Origin: Candidatus Moraniibacteriota bacterium | GTDB taxonomy: Bacteria; Patescibacteriota; Minisyncoccia; Moranbacterales; UBA1568 | Direction: 5' to 3' | Assembly: GCA_016699385.1 (NCBI GenBank) | Contig: CP064974.1 | Location: 890,617-954,616, forward strand | Length of the DNA stretch: 64,000 bases | Notes under the pieces: model-generated | What the model saw: only the letters and a program-made list of their open reading frames with translations | Told to the model about the DNA's origin: nothing | Databases searched by the model: none | Program-made: the position numbers and the translations under genes | Part shown: positions 9,593 through 18,313 of the stretch, one piece after another | Numbering within the stretch: the stretch's first letter is position 1 | How the letters are laid out: every line of letters starts with the position of its first letter

Positions 9593-9883
9593 ATGAAATA
9601 CGGACAATTCACAACTTTCCAGACTGCAGATGGAAAGGTCGAGGAACTGAGAAACATTCTTCTGCAAGCTTCCAAAGAGATGTGCGTTACCAAAAGCTGT
9701 CAGCAATACACAATCGGTAGCGACAAGGAAGCCGCGAATACTCTTCACGTATTCGAAGTATGGGAAACCAAGGAAGATCATGATTCATCTCTGAATTCAG
9801 AAGAAGCCAAAGAACTCATCAGCAAAGCAATGCCACTTTTAGCAGGCAGACCTCAAAGCGTAGCAATGGAAATAAGCGAGTAG
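9593..9883 (+). CDS. Antibiotic-biosynthesis-monooxygenase (ABM/Dabb) domain protein
   Basis: 96 aa. Pattern LHVFEVWETKEDHD...HL is typical of ABM ferredoxin-like fold proteins. Confidence 0.6.
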   Translation: MKYGQFTTFQTADGKVEELRNILLQASKEMCVTKSCQQYTIGSDKEAANTLHVFEVWETKEDHDSSLNSEEAKELISKAMPLLAGRPQSVAMEISE

Positions 9884-9983
9884 AGGCAAAACATCGCCTA
9901 ACAGCATATAAACAACTCGTTCCGTTTGCTCAAATTGACTCATAGTTCCCCTCAGGATATTCTACCGCTGGTCATCTTCATTT

Positions 9984-10922
9984 ATGCACAAACGTTATGA
10001 AGCCCCGCTTCGCGCGTGCGTCGGTCATAAAAATCCCGTTATGCTCCCCTACAAACACGAATACGACGCCTTTGGATCACATTGGGAAATCACGGTGTGG
10101 GACGCGATTTCAGAACAGGATTTCAGAACGATGACACAAGAAATACTTAGAAGATCAGATCAATTCGAACAATATTTCTCTCGTTTCATCCCGACGTCAC
10201 TCGTCTCGCGCATCGCGACCGAGAAGCAGACAGGCGCTCTCGAAGTGCCCGCTGACTTCACAGCAATGCTTCGTCCCTACATACACCTCTATGAGGCGAC
10301 AGCAGGGAAAATCACGCCCCTCGTCGGACACACCCTCTCCGATCTCGGCTACGATGCCGACTACTCACTCACGCCAAGAGAGATCATCCGGCTCTCCCCT
10401 GATCTCTTGGAAACGGTCACCATCCTCGACGACACGAGCATTTCTCTCAAGTGCCCCGTCCTCTTTGACTTCGGCGCGATTGGCAAGGGCTACTTCTGCG
10501 ATCGTATTGCGGACTTCTTGCGTGAGGAACACGTCGAACAATTCCTTGTCAATGGAAGCGGCGACATCGTCTATGAAAGCACTGGCATGCCGATACAGGT
10601 CGGGATCGAGCATCCGGGCGACGCAACCAAAGTCGTCGGATCAGTCGAAATGACCCGAGGCGCCCTGTGTGCAAGTGGCACCAATCGCCGCCGCTGGCGA
10701 AATCATCACCACATCATCGACCCTGACACCACCGAGTCCCCCGAGCAATTCCTCGCTACCTGGGTCATCGCCGAAAATGCCGCGCTCGCCGATATCCTTG
10801 CAACCGCCCTCTTCCTCGCCAAGCCAGACGCCCTCCGAAAGGTCTATCCCTTCGAATACGCCACACTCGACACAGACCTCACCCTCCGCCAATCCCCAGA
10901 CTTCCAAGCAGCAACATACTGA
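9984..10922 (+). CDS. apbE: FAD:protein FMN transferase (ApbE family)
   Basis: GAIGKGY and HHIIDP motifs. 312 aa with an alternative start at 10041 (MLPYKH). No obvious signal peptide. Confidence 0.8.
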   Translation: MHKRYEAPLRACVGHKNPVMLPYKHEYDAFGSHWEITVWDAISEQDFRTMTQEILRRSDQFEQYFSRFIPTSLVSRIATEKQTGALEVPADFTAMLRPYIHLYEATAGKITPLVGHTLSDLGYDADYSLTPREIIRLSPDLLETVTILDDTSISLKCPVLFDFGAIGKGYFCDRIADFLREEHVEQFLVNGSGDIVYESTGMPIQVGIEHPGDATKVVGSVEMTRGALCASGTNRRRWRNHHHIIDPDTTESPEQFLATWVIAENAALADILATALFLAKPDALRKVYPFEYATLDTDLTLRQSPDFQAATY

Positions 10923-11011
10923 TATCAAAGAAATACAATTACATAAGCCAAAACAACAACGGACACTGCCAAAAACAGTGTCCGCCTTTATACCAAAAGT
11001 TTCCGAATACT

Positions 11012-11548
11012 CTATCCCTTTGCCTCTACCTTAATCTTCTCAAGCGCATCCATGAAGCCTTTCGGGGTGAGTGACGAGCCATTCACGACGGCAAGATCGA
11101 GCGAATCTATTGATTTGCCTGTCACAGCAGTCGAAACCCCTTCAGCGAACTGCTTTTGCATATACTGGCTCTTCGGATTCTCGGATTCCTCTGTCGAGGC
11201 AACCTCGGTGACCACTCCACCCTTCAGTGTCAGCGTCACCGTAATATGCTCCGGTCCCGCGGGAGACGTATACTCACCGAGCGCGGTATATGTCCCATCG
11301 GTATACGATACGCCCTCATCAGCCTTCATCATTCTACTTTTTGCATCGGAAGGCTCTTTCTGAGAGCTGTCCGGAAGCATCTTATCATTTGATCGCCCCA
11401 AGAACCAGGCAAGCACTCCGCCAAAAATCGCCACCATTGCGATACCGCCAAACAATCTCGATCCGTTCGAAACCATTTTTCCATTCGATGACATTGACGC
11501 TTCCGAACCTTCTTCCGAAGAAGCCTCTTTCTGTGTATCTTCACTCAT
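11012..11548 (-). CDS. Membrane-anchored FMN-binding-domain protein (likely ApbE flavinylation substrate)
   Basis: Acidic Ser/Glu-rich N-terminus, one TM helix, then an FMN_bind-like domain (YTDGTYTALGEYTSPAGP...LAVVNGSSLTPKGF). Confidence 0.6.
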   Translation of the reverse strand: MSEDTQKEASSEEGSEASMSSNGKMVSNGSRLFGGIAMVAIFGGVLAWFLGRSNDKMLPDSSQKEPSDAKSRMMKADEGVSYTDGTYTALGEYTSPAGPEHITVTLTLKGGVVTEVASTEESENPKSQYMQKQFAEGVSTAVTGKSIDSLDLAVVNGSSLTPKGFMDALEKIKVEAKG

Positions 11549-11765
11549 AAGAAAAACCTAAAGAAATAATATGGGATTTTTTTCCTAAAAGCCCACTAAG
11601 AAACAACGCCAAGATAATGAAACCTTCTTGCAAAAAGAAGAATCGAAGGCGAATGACAGTATACCACACGAAAATATCGATACACAAAAACGCCTTTACA
11701 GAGCCACAGGAAAGATGCTACAGTAACCGGAGACGACAGAAACACAAAGTCTTTTTTCCCTTTCT

Positions 11766-12335
11766 ATGGATAGCACAGCCTTTCTGTTGACTCCCAACAT
11801 ATTGCTCGGAGGAGTCGTATTTGTGGGAATTCTCTGCATTGCACAGTTTTTCCTCATTAGGAAGCTTTTTCGCAAGGCGAGTCAATTCGAGGAACGACAA
11901 AAGATGTTTCTCAAAGGAAAGCGTGGCGCCGACCTCGAAGCCGTCATCTTGCGACACGACCAAGAAGTCGGCAATCTCGACACCGAGATTCAGGAGCTCT
12001 TTGCTATCACCGAAAACATCCGAGCACTCGCTACCATCGGCATACACAAAGTCGGCATCGTCCGCTTTAACCCCTTCCAAGATACCGGAAGCAACCAAAG
12101 CTGGAGTATCGCCCTCCTCGACGGAAATACGACAGGCATCGTCATCTCTTCCCTCCTCTCCCGAGAATCGGCACGCGTCTACGCAAAGCCCGTTGTACAC
12201 GGACAAGCAAAAGACTTCCCCTTCACCGCCGAAGAAAAACACGCCATCGAACTCGCGCAAACATCCAGAGATTCCAAGAAAACTACCCTACCTCTAGCAG
12301 AAACCCCCTCAAAGTCTCAAAGTAGGGCAGATTGA
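11766..12335 (+). CDS. Hypothetical N-terminally TM-anchored protein (DUF4446-like?)
   Basis: 189 aa with an N-terminal TM helix and a central conserved-looking region IVRFNPFQDTGSNQSWSIALLDGNTTGIVISSL. Confidence 0.5.
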   Translation: MDSTAFLLTPNILLGGVVFVGILCIAQFFLIRKLFRKASQFEERQKMFLKGKRGADLEAVILRHDQEVGNLDTEIQELFAITENIRALATIGIHKVGIVRFNPFQDTGSNQSWSIALLDGNTTGIVISSLLSRESARVYAKPVVHGQAKDFPFTAEEKHAIELAQTSRDSKKTTLPLAETPSKSQSRAD

Positions 12336-12394
12336 ATACTTTCTCTAACGTAGATACAATCCAACCGTATCACGTTTGTTTGAAGAAAACTCTC

Positions 12395-12450
12395 TTTTTG
12401 TGGATTTCGAAGCGAGCACGCAAAGACAAGCAAAAAAGGAATTTTCTTCA
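12395..12450. repeat. Short intergenic repeat, copy A
   Basis: Core TTTCGAAGCGAGCACGCAAAGACAAGCAAAAAA is shared with copy B at 16043-16096. Confidence 0.6.
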
Positions 12451-12522
12451 AACAATTCAGACATACAAACGCATTCGCACCCCACAATTCCCATTCGCAT
12501 CAATTTCTAATGTATCATTCCT

Positions 12523-14298
12523 ATGGATGAACCCATCACAACCGACGAGCCGAAGAAAATAGTCAAAATACCGTCATCCGTCAGTGTCAAACACCTTGCG
12601 GAAATCTTTGGTACGCCGGTCTCGACGGTCATCATGGAACTCATGAAGAACAAAATCCTCGCAACCATCAACGAGGAAATCGACTTCGAAACCGCGAGTA
12701 TCATCGCCCAAGACATGGGATTTGAAACCGAAGAAGACCTCGAGACCAGCGGAAGTGAGACCCTCACTCTCGAGCGACTCCTCGAAATTTGCGCCCAAGA
12801 AAAAGCCTCAGGAAAAACCCTCGACACGCGCCCGGCAGTCGTCACTATCTTGGGACACGTCGACCATGGCAAGACGACGCTCCTCGATACCATCCGCACC
12901 ACCAATGTCGCAGGCAAAGAGTCCGGTGGCATCACCCAAGCAATCAGCGCCTACCAGGTCAAGAAGCGTGGCGAACTCATCACATTCATTGATACACCAG
13001 GACACGAAGCCTTCTCTGCTATGCGCGAACGTGGCGTTGCACTCGCCGATATCGCTATCTTGGTTGTCGCTGCAGACGACGGTGTCCGCCCGCAAACCAA
13101 AGAAGTCATCTCCTATATCCGCGAACACCATATCCCTACCATCGTCGCCATCAACAAAGTCGACAAGCCCGAAGCGAATATCCCCCGCGTCAAACAAGAG
13201 CTCGCCGACAACGACATCCTCCTCGAAGAATGGGGTGGCAACTATCCAGCAGTCGAGATTAGCGCCAAGCACGGGAAAAATATCGACAAGCTCCTCGAAC
13301 ACATCATCCTCGTCGCCGAGGTCAATGATTTTCAAAGCGATGCAAAACGCGACGGACTCGCCCTCGTCCTCGAGTCACACCTCGACCCACAAAAAGGACC
13401 CGTCGCCGTTGCCCTCGTCAAGACTGGCACACTCAAGGTTGGACAAGATGTCACCGTTGGTAGTGCCTACGGTCGTATCCGTCGTCTCGAAGACTTCGTC
13501 GGAAAAAACATTCTCTCCGCATTACCGTCAACTCCCGTCCGACTCTATGGTTTGAGCACCGCGCCCAATACCAATGACGTCATCCAAGTCGTGAGCAGCA
13601 AAGTCGCCGCGCGACTCAAGTCTCGCGAACGCATGACCGGTGGCGCCACCAAGAAAGACGTTCAGGTTGTGCTGAATGACGATGTGAAGAAATTCCCCCT
13701 CCTTATAAAAACCGATGTCCACGGCTCACTCGAAGCAATCGAGCAAATCCTCTCAACGATTCCATCAGATGAAATCGTCATCGATATCGTCGCCAAAGGC
13801 GTCGGAAGCATCACCGAGAGCGACGTCCGCATCGCAGCGAGTGCCAACGCACTCATTGTCGGCTTCAATGTAAATCCCACGCCAGTTGCCAGTCGCATCG
13901 CCGAAACCGCCAAAATCGATATCAAGAGCTTCAGCATCATCTACAAGCTCGTCGAATTCGTCAAAGAAAAGCTCTCCGCTCTCCTCCCCCCCGAAGTCAT
14001 TCGCACCGATCTCGGCACACTCTCCGTCCTCGCCGTCTTCAAAACCGGCAAACACGACATGATTGTCGGCGGTCGCGTGAGTGATGGCAAAATCCTCAAG
14101 GGATCGCAAATCGAAATCAAGCGCGAAGGAGAAATCGTCGGCACCGGTCGCCTCGCAAGCCTCCAGCAAAACAAGAAGAACACTGATGAGGTAGGAAGTG
14201 GCAACGAATGCGGGCTCACCATCGACACCACCACCAAAATCCAAGTCGGCGACACCATTCTTTCCTTCACCATCGAAGAAAAGCGCCGCACACTCTAA
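12523..14298 (+). CDS. infB: Translation initiation factor IF-2 (short form)
   Basis: GHVDHGKTTLLD G1 motif, DTPGHEAF, NKVDK; 591 aa. Confidence 0.95.
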   Translation: MDEPITTDEPKKIVKIPSSVSVKHLAEIFGTPVSTVIMELMKNKILATINEEIDFETASIIAQDMGFETEEDLETSGSETLTLERLLEICAQEKASGKTLDTRPAVVTILGHVDHGKTTLLDTIRTTNVAGKESGGITQAISAYQVKKRGELITFIDTPGHEAFSAMRERGVALADIAILVVAADDGVRPQTKEVISYIREHHIPTIVAINKVDKPEANIPRVKQELADNDILLEEWGGNYPAVEISAKHGKNIDKLLEHIILVAEVNDFQSDAKRDGLALVLESHLDPQKGPVAVALVKTGTLKVGQDVTVGSAYGRIRRLEDFVGKNILSALPSTPVRLYGLSTAPNTNDVIQVVSSKVAARLKSRERMTGGATKKDVQVVLNDDVKKFPLLIKTDVHGSLEAIEQILSTIPSDEIVIDIVAKGVGSITESDVRIAASANALIVGFNVNPTPVASRIAETAKIDIKSFSIIYKLVEFVKEKLSALLPPEVIRTDLGTLSVLAVFKTGKHDMIVGGRVSDGKILKGSQIEIKREGEIVGTGRLASLQQNKKNTDEVGSGNECGLTIDTTTKIQVGDTILSFTIEEKRRTL

Positions 14299-14378
14299 AG
14301 ATATACTACGAACCAAAACCAAACAAAATAAACATAAAACTCCAATACATTCTGGAGTTTTGTTGTTATAATGGCACT

Positions 14379-16007
14379 ATGATGACAAGTCAAAAAGGAT
14401 TACAGAAAATCCCCATCCCTGTCGCTGAAACGCTCGCCACTCTCGAAGCGGCCGGATTTGAAGCGTTTGTCGTCGGCGGCAGTGTTCGTGATCTAATCCT
14501 GGGGAGAGAGCCAAAAGATTGGGATATCACCACCAATGCCATTCCCGAAGAAATTCAAAAAATATTTCCCGAGAGTTTTTACGAAAACGTCTTTGGCACC
14601 GTGGGAGTAAAGGTGGAAAAATTCCGCTCATTCTCCCCTGCCCAAGGAAAGATGCCGCGCACTCAAGGCAGAGGAAAGGAAGAAGCTCACGAGACAAAAG
14701 AAACTCCAGCCATCAAAAATAAAAAAGAGCACGACATCATCGAAGTCACCACCTACCGCGCCGAATCCGGCTATGACGACAAACGCCACCCGTCAAAAGT
14801 CTTCTTCGTGCAAACTATCGAAGAAGACCTCGCTCGCCGCGACTTCACCATGAATGCGATTGCTCTCTCGGCAAACGGAACACTTGTCGATCCCTTCAAT
14901 GGTCAATCTGACATTACTGCGAAAACCATCCGAGCCGTCGGGAATCCGGGCGACCGCTTCGGCGAAGATGCTCTTCGTATGCTTCGCGCCGTCCGATTTT
15001 CTGCCGAACTCCGCACGCCGATGCCAATTCCCAAAGACGCTCTCATAGAAGACAACGAGTCCACAAACTTGTTGCACAAAAACGCCGACTGGAAAATAGA
15101 GCCGGAAACATTCTCCGCTATCCAAGCGCATGCGAACGATATCCAACAAATTTCCGCCGAACGCGTTTCGGATGAACTTTCCAAAATCATCCTTTCAAAG
15201 AACCCCGCCGAAGGCATAGACCTCTTGCGCATCACCGGACTCCTCACATATATCCTGCCGGAAGTGACCGCAGGCGTCGGCGTCGGGCAAAACCTCCACC
15301 ATATCTACACCGTCTATGAGCACAATCTCCGCGCTCTCGCCACCTGCCCCTCGTCAAAACTCGATGTCCGCCTCGCCGCCCTCCTCCACGATGTTGGCAA
15401 GCCACAAACCAAACGTGGTAATGGCTATCGATCCACCTTCTACAATCACGACCATGTGGGCGCCCGCATCACCAAAAAGCTCTTGGAGCGACTCCGCTTC
15501 CCCAGCACGGTCATCGAGAAAGCAACACTCCTCGTTGACAACCACCTTTTTTACTATAATGTAGGAGAAGTGACCGCCGCTTCAGTCCGCCGCCTCATCC
15601 GACGCGTCGGTCTTGAGAACATGCGAGACCTCATGGATATTCGTATCGCCGACCGCCTCGGATCCGGCACACCCAAAGGAAAGCCCTACAAGCTCCGGCA
15701 TTTGGAATACATGATTGAGAAGGTCTCCAAAGACCCCGTGTCCGTCAAAATGCTCGCCGTGAACGGTCGAGATCTCATGGGAACTCTCCATCTGTCACCG
15801 GGACCAAAAATCGGCGCCATACTCGACGTCCTCCTCGCCGAAGTGATTGAAGACCCGACAAAAAACACTCGAGAAACCCTCCTCCAACGAGCCGAATTAC
15901 TCGACAAAGAAGACATAGAGCACCTCCGCAACCTCGCCAAAGACCGCATCGAAGAAAAACGCAACCAAGACGACCACCACGTTAAGCAGAAACACTGGGT
16001 ACAGTAA
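14379..16007 (+). CDS. cca: CCA-adding tRNA nucleotidyltransferase with HD domain
   Basis: Start MMTSQ. GGSVRDLILG...DWD pol-beta NTase head, HD motif (LLHDVGK), 542 aa. Overlaps the infB 3' end in the ORF track but the real start is downstream. Confidence 0.9.
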   Translation: MMTSQKGLQKIPIPVAETLATLEAAGFEAFVVGGSVRDLILGREPKDWDITTNAIPEEIQKIFPESFYENVFGTVGVKVEKFRSFSPAQGKMPRTQGRGKEEAHETKETPAIKNKKEHDIIEVTTYRAESGYDDKRHPSKVFFVQTIEEDLARRDFTMNAIALSANGTLVDPFNGQSDITAKTIRAVGNPGDRFGEDALRMLRAVRFSAELRTPMPIPKDALIEDNESTNLLHKNADWKIEPETFSAIQAHANDIQQISAERVSDELSKIILSKNPAEGIDLLRITGLLTYILPEVTAGVGVGQNLHHIYTVYEHNLRALATCPSSKLDVRLAALLHDVGKPQTKRGNGYRSTFYNHDHVGARITKKLLERLRFPSTVIEKATLLVDNHLFYYNVGEVTAASVRRLIRRVGLENMRDLMDIRIADRLGSGTPKGKPYKLRHLEYMIEKVSKDPVSVKMLAVNGRDLMGTLHLSPGPKIGAILDVLLAEVIEDPTKNTRETLLQRAELLDKEDIEHLRNLAKDRIEEKRNQDDHHVKQKHWVQ

Positions 16008-16030
16008 AGAAATCGGAATTGAACACAAAG

Positions 16031-16096
16031 TTTTTCGGGAGGAATTGTTTTTTGCGGCTTTCGGAGCGAGCACGCGAAGACAAGCAAAAAACAATT
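16031..16096. repeat. Short intergenic inverted-repeat element, copy B
   Basis: Arms AATTGTTTTTTGC ... GCAAAAAACAATT flank a core GGCTTTCGGAGCGAGCACGCGAAGACAA like copy A. Upstream GTTTTTCGGGAGGAATTG resembles the motif before copy C. Confidence 0.6.
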
Positions 16097-16299
16097 TCTC
16101 CCGAAAAACAGATTCTACAGATACATTCTTGCAAGTTATTAGAGCCTATCTCAAAGAGAGCTTTCGACACTTTTTAGGAATTTTTGAATGGAAAGTCGTG
16201 AAAAACAAGGAGGAATATCGGGATATTTCGACAAGTTTTGAATGATTTTCCGTCAAAATTTACAAAAAGTAAGACAAAGATTATTTTTGAGATAGACTC

Positions 16300-16370
16300 C
16301 AGAGAATTTCGGGGCATAGTATACCGGTAGTACGCATGATTCGGGTTCATGTAGACTGGGTTCGATTCCC
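16300..16370 (+). tRNA. tRNA-Pro (anticodon CGG)
   Basis: Acceptor CGGGGCA/TGCCCCG, anticodon loop TTCGGGT, T-arm CTGGGTTCGATTCCCAG. Confidence 0.75.
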
Positions 16371-16515
16371 AGTGCCCCGACAGAAGTAAAGCGCAAGGAG
16401 TGGGCAAGCACGCCAACTGCTTGGCGTGCGACTTGGAATCGAAGGGTTGAGTGATGCGTATTCACCACGAAACCCCGGTCCGGAGGAGATTCTCGAGTAG
16501 CTCCGACAAAAAAGT

Positions 16516-16842
16516 ATGAAATTCACAATTCCCTCCATTACCGACAATCCCGTTAATCTCCTGCGACGCGCCGGCTATACCTTTCAGCGCCAAGAAAACG
16601 GTGAGATGAGCTTTATCCGCCCACTTGCGTCCGCTGGCTATCCGCGCTTCCATATGTACACCAAGCTCCGGAACGAAGACCTCGATATCAGCTTTCACCT
16701 CGATCAAAAGAAAGAAACCTACGGCACAGACACCCGTCATCACGGCGAATACGAAGAATCCGGAGTTCTCAAAGAAGAGGCTAATCGCATCAAATCCTTC
16801 CTCACCCCCGTATCTGACGATTCTAGTATGAGTCCAGTGTAA
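16516..16842 (+). CDS. Hypothetical protein
   Basis: 108-aa ORF between two tRNAs; no family recognised. Confidence 0.45.
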   Translation: MKFTIPSITDNPVNLLRRAGYTFQRQENGEMSFIRPLASAGYPRFHMYTKLRNEDLDISFHLDQKKETYGTDTRHHGEYEESGVLKEEANRIKSFLTPVSDDSSMSPV

Positions 16843-16853
16843 AAGAAGAACCT

Positions 16854-16939
16854 GCCGGGGTGGCGAAATGGCAGACGCACCAGCTTTAGGAGCTGGCGAT
16901 GGCAACATCATGGAGGTTCAAGTCCTCTCCCCGGCACCA
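16854..16939 (+). tRNA. tRNA-Leu (anticodon TAG), CCA encoded
   Basis: GCCGGGG acceptor, D-arm GGCGAAATGGCAGACGC, anticodon loop TTTAGGA, long variable arm, T-arm GGAGGTTCAAGTCCTCT, 3' CACCA. Confidence 0.85.
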
Positions 16940-17105
16940 AGAAATCTCTCTCGCTCGGATTGATAAAAATGCAGACTCGCTCAGTTTTGGCTCAAAAATA
17001 TACCGCTACATGTACGTACCACCTCTGCCACAAAAATAGCAAACCGCGCCGAGCTCACAGGAGACTCGGCGCTTTCAATTCCAAAAAAGTTTCATCTCTT
17101 GCGTA

Positions 17106-18140
17106 CTACCACTCGAGTGCCCCTCCAACTTTGTACTCCGTGACGCGTGTCTCGAAGAAGTTCTTTTCTTTGGAGAGGTCGACTGCCTCACTCATCCATG
17201 GGAAGGGGTTCTCCGCATGATACTGTACCGGCAATCCCACACGCTCGAGCCGTCGATCAGCGACATGCTCGATATACTGTTTGAACCCTTCGGCATTCAT
17301 CCCAAATATACCGCGCGGAAATACTTCCTGCGCAAAAGTATATTCCAAAACCACTGCCTTCCGGATGAGATCCACAATATGCTGTTGAAACTCCGGCGTC
17401 CAGAGCTCTGGTTGTTCCTCCTTAATGGAGTTAATCAGATTGATGCCGAAATTGAGATGCTGTGATTCATCGCGCATGATGTATTGTATCTGCTCAGCGC
17501 TCCCAGGCATCTTATTCTGCCGCTGGAAGCCAAACATCACAGCAAATGAGCTATAGAAGAAAATCCCCTCGAGAATAAGTGAAAACACCACCATATTCTC
17601 CAAAAACTTCTGATCTGCTTCAAATGTACCCGTTCGGAAACTTGTATCGAATATTCCTTCATTGAAAGAAAGAATAAATGCATCCTTGTTGTAGATTGCT
17701 TCCACTTCGCGATACATATTGAATATCTCGCTTTCATCAAGCCCGAGCGACTCCACAATATACTGATACGAATGCGTGTGAATCGCTTCTTCATACGCCT
17801 GGCGGAGGAGATACATGCGACATTCCGGACTCGTGATGTGCCGATAGAATGCCAAGACGACATTGTTGGCAGCAATCGAGTCGGCTGTTGTAAAGAATCC
17901 GAGCACGGTCTTGAGCGCCTTTCGCTCATCTTCTGAGAGCACATCGCGCGCTTTCCATTGCTCGATATCCTTCTGCATGGATATCTCCGTCGGAAGCCAG
18001 TGATTGGCATTGCCGACATTGTACGCTTCCCAGGCAAACGTGTGTCGCATCGGATAGAGCTGCATCACATCCGCATCTCCGCCGTTTATCACGCGACGCT
18101 TGTTGATATCGACCGGTTGCGCTCCTTTTTGTATTGGCAT
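17106..18140 (-). CDS. nrdB: Ribonucleotide reductase class Ia beta subunit
   Basis: Di-iron/tyrosyl-radical R2 fold with EEAIHTHSY... motifs; 344 aa. Confidence 0.9.
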   Translation of the reverse strand: MPIQKGAQPVDINKRRVINGGDADVMQLYPMRHTFAWEAYNVGNANHWLPTEISMQKDIEQWKARDVLSEDERKALKTVLGFFTTADSIAANNVVLAFYRHITSPECRMYLLRQAYEEAIHTHSYQYIVESLGLDESEIFNMYREVEAIYNKDAFILSFNEGIFDTSFRTGTFEADQKFLENMVVFSLILEGIFFYSSFAVMFGFQRQNKMPGSAEQIQYIMRDESQHLNFGINLINSIKEEQPELWTPEFQQHIVDLIRKAVVLEYTFAQEVFPRGIFGMNAEGFKQYIEHVADRRLERVGLPVQYHAENPFPWMSEAVDLSKEKNFFETRVTEYKVGGALEW

Positions 18141-18313
18141 AGCAGTATATTAAACACTGAACAAGAAAAACAATCTCTCAGAGCCCGCTAAAGAAATGTC
18201 AAACAGATTTACTATTTGAACTGTTTTTCGGGAAAAACAAACTTTTTTAACAGGTTCTCACACAAAATCCTCATCACAAAACCCAATCTCTCTGCACATT
18301 CAGTAAGACCACG

